Shown here: positions 7,523 through 18,601 of the stretch, in pieces
How positions within the stretch are numbered: the stretch's first letter is position 1
Layout: each line of letters opens with the position of its first letter
Assembly (NCBI GenBank): GCA_001029755.1
Contig: CP011214.1
Coordinates: 365,767-429,766, forward strand
DNA: 64,000 bases
Direction of reading: 5' to 3'
DNA from: Candidatus Woesebacteria bacterium GW2011_GWF1_31_35
Lineage (GTDB): Bacteria; Patescibacteriota; Microgenomatia; UBA8517
The notes under the pieces: generated by a model
The model's database searches: none
The model's input: only the letters and a program-made list of their open reading frames with translations
Told to the model about the DNA's origin: nothing
Translations under genes and position numbers: made by a program

Positions 7523-9268
7523 ATGCGAAAAATATTCCTAACAGCTTTATTTTTAATAGTCTTTATTTTTATCCCGTTCCCAACTTATGCTAAAGATTAT
7601 TCAATAGAATCTGTTAATTTTGAGGTCAATATTAATAAGGATGGTTCTGCAAATATCATTGAGACGAGAAAATATAATTTTTCAGGAGACTTTACTTGGG
7701 CCGATGAATGGATTCCCCTAAAAGGTTATAACATAACAGATATAGAAATTTTTGATGATAATTTAATTCCACTTCAATTTGAAAAGAGTTTAACTTCAGA
7801 TAAACTTTATCTTAAGTGGTATTACAAAGCTTCAGATGAGATAAAAACATTTATTTTAAAATATAAAATCGACAATGCTATCACAGTTCATTCTGATATT
7901 TCAGAATTCTATTGGCAATTAATTGGAGATGAATGGACAAAAGGAACAGGAAGTGTAACAGCCAAAGTTATCCTTCCATATGAGGCTAATGATAATAATA
8001 TTTGGGCTTTTGGACATGGACCATTAAATGGAAAAATATATATAAAAAGTACAAAAGAAGTTGATTTTTCAGTCAATAATTTACCTGCCAAAAAGTTTTT
8101 TGAGGTAAGAGTGCTTTTTCCAAGAACTGACTTTATTGATGCGAAGATTGGCTCTTCAAATCTAAAATTGATTCTAAAAGAAGAAAAAGCGTTTGCTAAC
8201 AAAACTAGAAATCAAAGTTTATTAATATTTGGAATTTTATTTATATTTTCTACCTTTATGTTTTATAGAATTATTGTTTGGTCTATAAGGTGGTATAAAA
8301 TTGGAAAAGATGAGAAATTGCCTCAAGTAAACTTGGCAGGTACATTACACGAACCACCAACTGATCTTGCTCCAATTTATGTAGAAACACTTCTTAAAGG
8401 AAGCCCTACGGGAAAATCTATTGTTTCGACAATATTAGAATTAGTAAGGAGGAAGGTGTTAAGAATAGAGTTTATCAAAAATGGTAAGAAAACTTTTTTA
8501 AGTACAAAAGACCAATATCTATTAGTATTTAATAAAGAAGATAATAAATTATCAGAAATTGAAAAGGATTTGATAGATTTTCTATTTGTTTCAAGAAGTA
8601 AGAAATTAGATTTTGATGAGATTAAATTGTTAAATAAGAGTCATCCTACAAAAACATCTATCTTTTGGTCGAAATGGCAAAAAAATGCAAAAGATGGCCT
8701 TAATGATTTAGGATTTTATGAAGATGAAAGTTTAAAATTTCAAGCTAAAGCAGTTGTTGAAACAGTTTTAGTTGGAATTGCTACTTTTATAAGTATATAT
8801 TTAGCTTCAGTTATCTTAATTTTACCTATACTTTTAATATATTTATTTTTTATGATTTTGATTTCCATTTATATGCCTAAGAAAAGCGCTTGGGGAGGAA
8901 CTGAAATGGCTGGTTGGATTGCTTTTAGAAAATGGCTTAAAGATTATTCAGTTACAAAAAATTATCCAATTGATTCTGTAATACTTTGGGAAAAATATTT
9001 AGTTTATGGAACTGTTTTAGGAATATCAGTTAAGGCTTTATCACAACTTCCAATAAAATTTTCAAAAAGCTTTGAAGGATCTGGAATGTATTTTGTTGGG
9101 AATACAGGAAACGGGGATTTTACAACTTCTTTTGCAGGACTTTCGAACGGGTTTAATTCACTTTCTGGTAGCTTTTCAGGTTTTGGAGCACAAGGGGCTG
9201 GCTCATCAGGAGGATTTTCTGGCGGTGGGGGTGGTGGTGGAGGTGGTGGTGGAGGTGGCGCAGGGTAA
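7523..9268 (+). CDS. DUF2207 family membrane protein
   Basis: YSIESVNFEVNINKDGSA N-terminus, WEKYLVYGTVLG and a Gly-rich tail. Confidence 0.88.
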   Translation: MRKIFLTALFLIVFIFIPFPTYAKDYSIESVNFEVNINKDGSANIIETRKYNFSGDFTWADEWIPLKGYNITDIEIFDDNLIPLQFEKSLTSDKLYLKWYYKASDEIKTFILKYKIDNAITVHSDISEFYWQLIGDEWTKGTGSVTAKVILPYEANDNNIWAFGHGPLNGKIYIKSTKEVDFSVNNLPAKKFFEVRVLFPRTDFIDAKIGSSNLKLILKEEKAFANKTRNQSLLIFGILFIFSTFMFYRIIVWSIRWYKIGKDEKLPQVNLAGTLHEPPTDLAPIYVETLLKGSPTGKSIVSTILELVRRKVLRIEFIKNGKKTFLSTKDQYLLVFNKEDNKLSEIEKDLIDFLFVSRSKKLDFDEIKLLNKSHPTKTSIFWSKWQKNAKDGLNDLGFYEDESLKFQAKAVVETVLVGIATFISIYLASVILILPILLIYLFFMILISIYMPKKSAWGGTEMAGWIAFRKWLKDYSVTKNYPIDSVILWEKYLVYGTVLGISVKALSQLPIKFSKSFEGSGMYFVGNTGNGDFTTSFAGLSNGFNSLSGSFSGFGAQGAGSSGGFSGGGGGGGGGGGGGAG

Positions 9269-9279
9269 TATTCACCTTA

Positions 9280-9307
9280 TTGACCGACACTTTTATTATG
9301 CTATAAT
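9280..9307 (+). promoter_or_regulatory. sigma70-type promoter of the rRNA operon
   Basis: TTGACC-N16-TATAAT. A boxA-like TACTTTGAAAACT lies near 9497. Confidence 0.6.
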
Positions 9308-10099
9308 AGCCAGTACAAGTTAAGGGTTGACTCGCCTTCAATTGGTTGAAAACTCCACTAAGAACCTTTACTTTTAAAGAAATTTAATTACTAATAAATA
9401 AGTCTTAAATAAGAAAGAGCCGTAAGTTAATTTTTATTTTAGTTTGCTCCTGTTCGTGTTTGTGGCTTATTTATTATTAATTATTTTGTTCCTTAGTACT
9501 TTGAAAACTAAATGTGACAAGTAATTTATCTGAAAATTTATTTTTTCGTTAGTATGTAAAATAATTTTCAGGTTCAAGTTGTGACTAGGAGTGTGTAAAA
9601 GATGTTTCCGATATCGTCAAAAATTCGGAACCGTCACTTTTTGAGGATTTGATCCTGGTCCAGGATGAACGCTAGCGGTGTGCTTTAAGCATGCAAGTGG
9701 GACGAGTTGTAGCAATACAACTAGTCGCGAACGGCTGAGTATAAAATAGGAATCTACCCAATGGTGTGGAATACCTTATCGAAAGATGAGCTAATACCAC
9801 ATGACCTCGCAAGAGAAAAGGACTTAACTGTCCGCCGATGGATGAGCCTATTTCCCATCAGTTTGTTGGTAGGGTAATGGCCTACCAAGACTATGACGGG
9901 TAGGGGATTTGAGAGGATGACCCCCCAGAACAGGACTGAGACACGGCCTGTACACCTACGGGTGGCAGCAACTGGGAATCGTGCGCAATGGACGAAAGTC
10001 TGACGCCGCGACACCGCGTGAAGGATGAAGGCCTTTTGGTCGTAAACTTCTTTTGCCATATGGGTGACCATATGGAGAATAAGCACCTGCTAACTCTGT

Positions 10100-11002
10100 G
10101 GATTTTTAAAAATTGGTGCAGAGTACTGATAGTAATATCGGTAGAGAAAACTTCGCTATATGCTGGAACATTTTGTAAACAGATAGATACTAACATTATC
10201 AAAGGATGATGACAGTGAAAATTTTATCTGAAACCCTAAAAAACAAGCGGTTTGTATGTGGGTTACAAAACTATCAGCAGGTAACCTTTTTGAGAAATCA
10301 AAATGGGCACCTCAGAGACTACACGCGAAGCTCCGTTAGATATATAATTATCTAATCGGATGATGATATAGTCCACGCTATTTATGTCAGATATAAATCA
10401 AATAATAGTTGGATCGATATTGGGAGATGGAAGTTTATCACCTTTAACTAAAAGGAATAAATATTCAACTCTAGATATTTCTCAACATGAGAGTAAATTG
10501 CCTTATTTAAGGTGGTTATATGATCAACTAACAAAGAAATTTGAATTAAATCCGATATATCAGAAAAAAGGTTTTGAGAATCAATATAGGTTTAGAAGTA
10601 AGCCAAATAAGACTCTTGGAATTTTTAGGTCTAAATTTTATGACAATTTAACAGGTTGTAAAATTATTCCAAAAGATATAGGAGATTTACTAAAAAACCC
10701 AATTTCTTTGGCAGTTTGGTATATGGATGACGGAACTTTAGATAAAAGATATAAGTATCATTTAAATTCTTCAATCGCAACAAATTGTTTCTCATTTGAG
10801 GAATGCAGTTTGTTGAGTGAGGTTTTAAATGATAATTTTAAACTTAAAACGTCTGTTAATAAGACTACAATGAGGGGTAAGATTTACCCCAGAATTTATT
10901 TTAAGTCTGAATGTATGAATGATTTTATTAAGATCATCAAGCCTTATATTAATTCAGTTTTTAATTACAAAATTGGAATTGAATAATCTAAACTATAGAG
11001 TA
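10100..11002 (+). mobile_element. Group I intron at 16S U516 (E. coli numbering)
   Basis: P1 CTCTGT/GCAGAG with U-G at the splice site. Core TATGCTGGAA, ATCAGCAGG, CAGAGACTA and GATATAGTCC. Confidence 0.9.
10384..10986 (+). CDS. Intron-encoded double-motif LAGLIDADG homing endonuclease
   Basis: IIVGSILGDG and LAVWYMDDG motifs. Confidence 0.9.
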   Translation: MSDINQIIVGSILGDGSLSPLTKRNKYSTLDISQHESKLPYLRWLYDQLTKKFELNPIYQKKGFENQYRFRSKPNKTLGIFRSKFYDNLTGCKIIPKDIGDLLKNPISLAVWYMDDGTLDKRYKYHLNSSIATNCFSFEECSLLSEVLNDNFKLKTSVNKTTMRGKIYPRIYFKSECMNDFIKIIKPYINSVFNYKIGIE

Positions 11003-11275
11003 GCCAGCAGCCGCGGTAATACAGAGGGTGCAAGCGTTATCCGGATTTATTGGGCGTAGAGCGTTTCGTAGGCGGTTTGGTAAGTTAGACTTCAAAGACC
11101 ACGGCTCAACCGGGGGAAGGGGTCTAATACTGCCAGACTTGAGGGTTTTAGGGGCAATCGGAACTGTTGGTGTAGGGGTGAAATCCGTTGATATCAACAG
11201 GAACGTCAAGGGCGTAGGCAGATTGCTGGGAAACTTCTGACGCTGAGGAACGAAAGCTAGGGGAGCGAAAGGGAT

Positions 11276-12330
11276 GGGGTTTATAAACTCTAGTTCCTCC
11301 GTTAAGTAATTAACGGTTTAAAAATTCGACTATATGCTGGAATAACTGTGTATCTTAGACTAGTATTGACTTTGGTTTTAATTCGGATAATACTGAATTA
11401 ATGCCCAAATTAAATACTGAAAATGTTTTAAGTGCAGTCAATCAGCAGGGAAGATCTCGAAAGAGAAACCCTCAGAGACTATATGTCGAATATCCTAGTA
11501 AGAATGTAATAAGTAATATAGAAGCAACTTTATTGGGTATCTTATACACTGATGGTTGTTTATCTAGAAAGAGTAAGAATGCTTGGAGATTTTATCTAAG
11601 TAATACTTCTTACGAGATTATACAAATATTTAAAAATTGTATGATTAAACTTTTTGGATTAAACACTAAAAGAATAAGAATATCTAAATATGTTGTTAAT
11701 GGTAAGCCTTTTTATAAAGCAATTGTAGATAGTGCATCATCTGGAGAATTTTTAAATTCAAAATATGGTACATTTCGAACTCTTGCTTATAAAAGTGTAG
11801 ATGGTAAAGTAATTTATCCTTCTACAAAATTACCGTTTAACAAAAATTCTAATCGCAAAATAATTTGCAAGTTTTTAAAAACTGCATTTAGTTGTGATGG
11901 AGGTATAAATTTATATGTAGCAAAATCAAAGTTTGGTTACAAATTTTTGATTAGAAATGCATATTTAGCTTGCAAACATCCACAATTACAGATTGATTAT
12001 CATAAACTTTTAAAAGTTCTTGGTATTAAATCTAAAATTTTTGAAAAAGATGGAAAAATACTTATTCAAGGAAGAAATGAATTGAATAAATTTAGTAAAA
12101 AAGTTGGTTTTCTAAAAAGAGTCAAGATAACACAAAATTCTAAATTTTGGCAAGGTGCTGAAAAAGAAAAAGTGTTAAATCTTGCATTAAATTCTTACAA
12201 TAATCCGAGAAAGATTATAAATCTTTCAAAGTTTAAAGGATAAAGATATAGTCCGACCTCATAAGCGATTATGAGACTACGTGTTGAATCGTAGTAAACA
12301 AACTATTTATAGTTTGTTATAACAAATTTG
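11276..12330 (+). mobile_element. Group I intron at 16S U788
   Basis: Exons join as GGGAT|TAGAGACCC; the intron ends in G. P7 strands AGAGACTA and GATATAGTCC. Confidence 0.92.
11401..12243 (+). CDS. Intron-encoded double-motif LAGLIDADG endonuclease
   Basis: LLGILYTDG and FLKTAFSCDG motifs. Confidence 0.85.
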   Translation: MPKLNTENVLSAVNQQGRSRKRNPQRLYVEYPSKNVISNIEATLLGILYTDGCLSRKSKNAWRFYLSNTSYEIIQIFKNCMIKLFGLNTKRIRISKYVVNGKPFYKAIVDSASSGEFLNSKYGTFRTLAYKSVDGKVIYPSTKLPFNKNSNRKIICKFLKTAFSCDGGINLYVAKSKFGYKFLIRNAYLACKHPQLQIDYHKLLKVLGIKSKIFEKDGKILIQGRNELNKFSKKVGFLKRVKITQNSKFWQGAEKEKVLNLALNSYNNPRKIINLSKFKG

Positions 12331-12629
12331 TAGAGACCCCTGTAGTCCTAGCCGTAAACTTTGCCTGCTAGCGATCCGACTTTGGTCGGGTTGCGTAAGC
12401 TAACGCGTTAAGCGGGCCGCCTGGGGAGTACGAACGCAAGTTTAAAACTCAAAGGAATTGACGGGAAGGCGCACAACCAGTGGAGCATGTGGTTTAATTC
12501 GAAACGAAACGAAGAACCTTACCCAGTCTTGACATATTACCGTTTTAGATTGCCAGAAATGGCGATCGATCCTTAAGTAATTTTGGATGGTATTACAGGT
12601 GTTGCATGGCCGTCGTCAGCTCGTGTCGT

Positions 12630-12883
12630 AGGTTAACACTTTGCGACCCTTCGAAGCAATTCGGAGTGCGAAATCTGGCTCATATCGGTGGAACTTCTTA
12701 TTTTTAATAAGAACAATACCGAGGGAAGTCGACTTAAATTTTAAGTTTGACCCCGTAACGACTGATTTTGGTATTTTTAAATATCAAATGATATACAAGA
12801 TAATACGCTTGTATAACACGCCAGCTCCCGATTTAATCGGGATGAAGGTATAGTCTAATTACAGTTACCTTTTAAAGTAATTG
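12630..12883 (+). mobile_element. ORF-less group I intron at 16S U1078
   Basis: Exons join as GTGTCGT|GAGGTGTT. Core ATCGGTGGAAC, AATACCGAGGG, AACGACTG and GTATAGTCT; ends in G. Confidence 0.88.
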
Positions 12884-13276
12884 GAGGTGTTCCCTTCAGT
12901 GGGGTAACGAGCGCAACCCCTGCCCTGAGTTAAATAATCTCAGGGGACTTCCCTCATTTATTGCGGGAGGAAGTGGGGACGACGTCAGGTCAGCATGGCC
13001 CTTATGACTGGGGCAACACACATACTACAATGGAGCCGACAATGGGTTGCCAAGCCGCAAGGCGGAGCTAATCCCATCAAACGGCTTCTCAGTTGGGATT
13101 GAGGGCTGCAACTCGCCCTCATGAACATGGAATTGGTAGTAATCGCGGGTCAGCTATACCGCGGTGAATACGTTCTCGCCTTTTGTACACACCGCCCGTC
13201 AAGGCAGTAAAGTTAAAGGTACCCGAACTTCGATTTTGTCGGAGGAAGGTAAATTTAGCGATAAGGCTTAAGTCGT

Positions 13277-13971
13277 TGGTTAAGTTAACGTTGCGACTTT
13301 AGAGAGTGATCTCTAAAAAAAATCTTGCTGTATCGGTGAAACCTAAAGTAGTAAAATACAATGGTAATACCGAGGGAACCCCAAATTCTTTGGGGACTCC
13401 GTAGAGACTACACGCGAGCACTATGATAACAAAATCGTACTTGTTAGGAATGTTGCACGATGCAACTGAAAGAAAAAATACTTATCGAATTGCGACTAAG
13501 AATTTTAATTTTGCAAAAGTTATCCGAGAGGGTATCATAAAATTAAATTCTAAGGTTTGGATTTACAAAGAAGGAAAGAATCGCAATCTTTGGATTGTAG
13601 AATTTTCTAAATCACTTTTAAAAGAAGTGAATGTTAAATCAAAACAAAATAAAATCGATTACATTCGAGGCTATTTTGACGCAGAAGGGGGTATTTCTCA
13701 AAGTTCTAAAGTTAGATTTTATATTTATTTTTGCCAGAAAGACAAAATTGATCTGGAGGAAGTAAAAAATTATTTAATAGAATTGGGAGTCAGTTGTGGA
13801 GTAACACATAATCCAAGTAAAAAGGTTGATCCTAATTATTGGAGATTTTTTATACGATCGAAATCGTACAAATATTTTGCAAAAATAATTAGTTCAGATC
13901 ATCCGGAAAAGATTAAGTTATTAGAGATGAAGATATAGTCCATACCACACGAAAGTCGTGGAATTTATATG
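13277..13971 (+). mobile_element. Group I intron at 16S U1498
   Basis: Exons join as AAGTCGT|AACAAGGTA. P1 AAGTCGT/GCGACTT; ends in G. Confidence 0.92.
13423..13938 (+). CDS. Intron-encoded LAGLIDADG endonuclease
   Basis: YIRGYFDAEG motif and a degenerate first motif YLLGMLHDA. Confidence 0.85.
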   Translation: MITKSYLLGMLHDATERKNTYRIATKNFNFAKVIREGIIKLNSKVWIYKEGKNRNLWIVEFSKSLLKEVNVKSKQNKIDYIRGYFDAEGGISQSSKVRFYIYFCQKDKIDLEEVKNYLIELGVSCGVTHNPSKKVDPNYWRFFIRSKSYKYFAKIISSDHPEKIKLLEMKI

Positions 13972-14153
13972 AACAAGGTATCCCTACTGGAAGGTGGGGA
14001 TGGATCACCTCCTTTCTAAGGAGTTGAAATACACACCCCTTTTTAAGATGCATGTTAAAGGATAGAAAAAACGGCATCACAAATCATATTCCTAGCCACA
14101 ACTTGAATAGTTATATTTTAATTATTAGTAAGTCACACAAATTAGAAATTTTT

Positions 14154-14180
14154 ACCGCTTTTTTATAAAGCGGTTTTTTT
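14154..14180 (+). terminator. Intrinsic terminator-like hairpin downstream of 16S
   Basis: ACCGCTTT/AAAGCGGT stem followed by a T tract. Confidence 0.65.
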
Positions 14181-14411
14181 ATGTCTTAATGTATTTTAGG
14201 GTTCTATTCGTTACTATTTATTTGTTAATATGACACATGGTGCTGAACATAAATTTGATTCGATAGTTATAATTTAATCCTATTCAATTGAATAAATACT
14301 AGTAACATATTAGTAATATAATTAGCAATCTAGGTATATTTTCTTTATTAGAAATTTTATGGTTAATAGTTAACTGTGAACTCTTTTTATGATAAACTAG
14401 CGATTAGTTTT

Positions 14412-14483
14412 GGGCGCATGGCTCAGTGGTAGAGCGCATTCCTGATAAGAATGAAGTCCATGGTTCGATCCCATGTGCGCCCA
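14412..14483 (+). tRNA. tRNA-Ile(GAT)
   Basis: Cloverleaf, loop CT-GAT-AA, canonical TTCGA. Confidence 0.95.
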
Positions 14484-14640
14484 CTTAAATTTAATACTAT
14501 TGACGCGAGAGTAGTGTATCTAGTATAATGCTCACCAGTCTTTAAGAGTTCGGAATACTTAATGAAAAAACTTATTAAATTTTACAAAACCAAAGCGCAT
14601 TTTTGCGTGGGGTAGATAATAATAGTTTTTACTTTTAGTT

Positions 14641-14671
14641 AACCGACTTTTAAAAATAGTCGGTTTTTTTT
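14641..14671 (+). terminator. Intrinsic terminator-like hairpin in the ITS
   Basis: AACCGACT/AGTCGGTT stem followed by a T tract. Confidence 0.65.
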
Positions 14672-14718
14672 GACATATTAAAGTTTTGCCCAGCAAAATA
14701 AAGTGCAAGAATCAATCT

Positions 14719-14794
14719 GGGCCGTTGGCTCAGTTGGTAGAGCGCTTCATTTGCAATGAAGAGGTCGGGAGTTCGAATCTCCCACGGTCCACCA
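14719..14794 (+). tRNA. tRNA-Ala(TGC)
   Basis: G3-U70 pair, loop TT-TGC-AA, encoded CCA. Confidence 0.95.
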
Positions 14795-15472
14795 ATTGGG
14801 ATTTGAAAGTAGAAAAGTAACTAAAATACTTTTTTATCTTTACATCCTAATTGTTAAAATGATGTACTTTGACAACTGAAGGATAAGAAAAGTTTTGCAA
14901 GACCATTTGTCCGGTTTTGCAAAGATTAGAAAATAAGGCCGTTAATTTATACACCACGATTGTGGTGTTGTAAGGTTTTTACATTAACGCAGATAGTGGA
15001 TGCCTTGGTCGTATCTTCCGAAGAAGGACGTACATAGCCACGATAGTCGACGGGGAACTGCTACGAAGTTTTGATCCGTCGGTGTCCGAATGGAGCAATC
15101 CTTCCTGATTTATATCAGGAAACTTGTAAGCCAAATTATCCAATTTATTGGATGAATAACTTACAATGAGGGAACCATCTGAACTGAAACATCTAAGTAA
15201 GATGAGGAAAAGAAATCAAAGAGATTGCGTCAGTAGCGGCGAGCGAAAGCGCAAGAGCCTAAACCTTGTTCATGTTTACATGAGTGAGGGGTTGTGGGAG
15301 CCCAATGTGGGATTAGAATTTAATAGTAGAACAATCTGGAATGGTTGACCATAGAGAGTGAAAGTCTCGTAAACGAAATTAAATTTTACCCTAGGGAATT
15401 CCCAAGTAACATGAGATACACATCTTGTGTGAATCCGGGGGAACCATCCTCCAAGGCTAAATAAAGATACGA

Positions 15473-15511
<39 letters not shown>

Positions 15512-16105
15512 AAGGGTGAGACACCCAATGAAATAGAAACTGAAACTATCTGCGGACAAACCGACAGAGCACTTCGCAAGAGGTGTGATGTCGTGCCTAT
15601 TGAAGAATGAGCCTGCGAGTTCTCGCTTACTGTGTGTTTAAAACGGTTTTACCGTTTAGGCATAGCGAAAGCAAGTGTTAATAGCGCGTATAAACACAGT
15701 AACCGGGAGACCCGAAACCGAGTGATCTAACCTTGAGCAGGGTGAGTCTTAAAGAAATTTAAGAGGAGGCCCGAACCCGTTATCGTTGTAATGATATGGG
15801 ATGACTTGTGGTTAGTGGCAAAATACCAACCGAACTCGGAGATAGCTGGTTCTCCCCGAAAGGTCTATAGGGACCGCGCCATGCAAAAAGATTATCAGGG
15901 GTAAAGCTACTGGATGGGTTAGCAAGGGTAACCGAGTTAACTCAACCAAACTCAGAATACTGATAAAATAAAGCATGGTAGACAGTCATATCGGGCTAAG
16001 CTGATATGGCTAAAGGGAAACATCCCAGATTTTCAGCTAAGGCCTCTAAATCTACATTAAGTTTAAAAGGAAGTTTTTTCTCTCAGACAGCCAGGAGGTT
16101 GGCTC

Positions 16106-16143
<38 letters not shown>

Positions 16144-16959
16144 TGGTCGACTGAGAAGAAGCGCCTAAGATTTATCGAGGATCAAATGTAGTGCCGAAGC
16201 TAGAGATGTCCTACTTTTAGTAGGGCGTGGTAGGGGAGCGTCCCATATGCAGTGAAGGCAAATTGTAAGATTTGTTGGAGTGTATGGGAGTGAGAATGCA
16301 GGCATGAGTAGCGCACTAGACGGGTGAAAATCCCGTCCGCCGAATACCCAAGGTTTCCGTCGCAAGGTTCGTCCTCGACGGGTTAATCGGTTCCTAAGGT
16401 GAGGTCAGTTTAACTGGCGTAGCCGAAGGACAAGTAGTTAAAATTCTACTATTTTTTGTAAGTCGTTATTAATTGGGGGTTCCCAAACAGGAATACTGTA
16501 GCCTTCATGTGATGAGGGTTTAAACTGTGAAATAGTTCTGAATAGAAAATCTATCAGAATGTTTAATTGAGCAGTAATGTAAATTTCGCCGTGAGGTGAG
16601 AAATTACAAATATTTCAGTTTGCAAGAAAACACTCGCAATGAGACTTATAAGAAGCCGTACCGCAATCCGACACAGGTGGGTTGGTAGAGAATACTAAGG
16701 CGATCGAGAGAAGAATCCTCAAGGAACTCGGCAAAAAAACTACCCGTAACTTCGGGAGATGGGTTCCCTAACTTTTAGTTAGGGGCCACCAAAAGTTTGC
16801 TGACCGACTGTTTATCAAAAACACAGGTCTGTGCGAAGTCGAAAGACGAAGTATACAGGCCGACGCCTGTCCAGTGCCGGTAAGTTAAAGAGAGGAGTGG
16901 TACGAATTTATTCGTACTGCTTTGACCTAAAGCTCCGGTGAAACGACAGCAGTAACTAT

Positions 16960-17239
16960 AGACACAGTTGTAGTTAGTAGGTTTTAACTCCTACCGTCTA
17001 AGGAAGACGAAAAGTTGACCATATGCTGGAAACACTCAAGTATCTGACAGTACCGAAAGGTAAAAATCTGTTCAGTGGAGTCAATCAGCAGGAAAGATTC
17101 TAAATTTATTTAGAATATCCTCAGAGACTATACGTCAACTGCTAAATTTGTGCTAACAATTTAGTAATGATATAGTCCGATCTCATAAGCGATTATGAGT
17201 CTACGTAAATTTATGAAAATCGTAGCAAGTAACATCATA
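16960..17239 (+). mobile_element. ORF-less group I intron at 23S U1917
   Basis: P1 TAACTAT/GTAGTTA and P10 ACAGTT/AACTGT; conserved core motifs. Confidence 0.88.
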
Positions 17240-17253
17240 AACTGTTCTAAGGT

Positions 17254-17959
17254 AACTTAATAGCTGCCTTAGTAAAATCTAGCTATATGCTGGAACATCT
17301 CGTTAAACTAAGTCTACTATGGTAAAATCTATCCTTAGATTATGGCAAGTAAAAATGATTTAGGTAGAGAAAATCAGCAGGAAAGGCTTAAAACAATCGG
17401 ATGGATTGTTGGATTTGTAGATGGAGAAGGATGTTTTTCAGTATCAGTTTTTAAGAATAAAACTACGAAAAATGGATGGCAAATTTTTCCGGAATTTGTT
17501 GTAACACAAAGTGAGAGAAGTATATCAACTCTTCAAGAAATTAAAAAATTTTTTGGATGTGGAAATATATTTGTAAATCACCGTTACGACAACCATAACG
17601 AAAATTTGTACCGTTATTGCGTTAGAAATATTCATGATCTGAAAGATAAAATTATCCCATTTTTTGAATCAAACAACCTGAGATCTGCAAAGATAAAGGA
17701 CCTTAATATCTTTAAAGAAGTAGTATTACTTATGATAAATAAGAAACATCTACAAAAAGAAGGTTTTGATAAAATACTATCAATTGCAGGTAAAAGAAAG
17801 ATTTAAGAATCCCCAGAGACTATACGCTAGAACAATTCTATTTTTATAGATGCGTAAGATATAGTCCCAACTGCATGGAGACATGCAGAAACATTGATAA
17901 CTTACATATTAAAACAATGTTTATAATTCTAATATTTATTTATTGGAACGAAGATTTCG
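17254..17959 (+). mobile_element. Group I intron at 23S U1931
   Basis: Exons join as CTAAGGT|AGCGAAGTTCC. P1 CTAAGGT/GCCTTAG; ends in G. Confidence 0.92.
17342..17806 (+). CDS. Intron-encoded single-motif LAGLIDADG endonuclease
   Basis: WIVGFVDGEGCF motif. Confidence 0.92.
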   Translation: MASKNDLGRENQQERLKTIGWIVGFVDGEGCFSVSVFKNKTTKNGWQIFPEFVVTQSERSISTLQEIKKFFGCGNIFVNHRYDNHNENLYRYCVRNIHDLKDKIIPFFESNNLRSAKIKDLNIFKEVVLLMINKKHLQKEGFDKILSIAGKRKI

Positions 17960-18079
17960 AGCGAAGTTCCTTGCCAGGTAAGTTCTGGCCCGCACGAATG
18001 GCGTCACGAGTTAGCAACTGTCTTGAGGTTTCACTCGGCGAAATTGCGTTGGCTGTGAAGACGCGGCCTAATCCCACTT

Positions 18080-18111
<32 letters not shown>

Positions 18112-18601
18112 TTTGGCATTGCCTTAACAATTTTTGATTGTCTAGTATAGGAGGGAGTTTTACGACAACAGTGTAATACCTCTCGTTGGAGATTGTTGGG
18201 CTTACTTAATTCGCCTGAAGACGGCGAAGGGAAAAGTGCTAGATGGGCAGTTTTACTGGGGCGGTACCCTGCCAAAGAGTAACGCAGGGGCACAAAGGTT
18301 AGCTTGTTACGGATGGAAACCGTAATTAAACTGCAAAGAGATAAGCTAGCTTGACTGCAACACCGAAGGGTGGAGCAGGTACGAAAGTAGGTCTTAGTGA
18401 TCCCCCGATCCTTCATGGGAGGGACGGGGCTTAACTGATAAAAGCTACCCCGGGGATAACAGAGTAGTCGCGCCCGAGAGTCCATATCGACGGCGCGGTT
18501 CGCTACCTCGATGTCGGCTCATGATATCCTAGGGCTGAAGAAGGTCCTAAGGGTTGGTCTGTTCGCCCATTAAAATCATACGCGAGCTGGGTTCAGAACG
18601 T

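Larger units (their letters stand above)
9637..14015 (+). rRNA. rrs: 16S rRNA with four group I introns (about 1.47 kb spliced)
   Basis: Conserved blocks TTTGATCCTGG, CCAGCAGCCGCGGTAATAC, AAACTCAAAGGAATTGACGG, TGTACACACCGCCCGTC and GGATCACCTCCTTT. Processing stalk pairs about 9573-9590 with 14090-14107. Ends are approximate. Confidence 0.97.

Noticed and set aside
9220-9265. GGT-rich repeat
   Set aside because: Normal poly-Gly tail of DUF2207 proteins.
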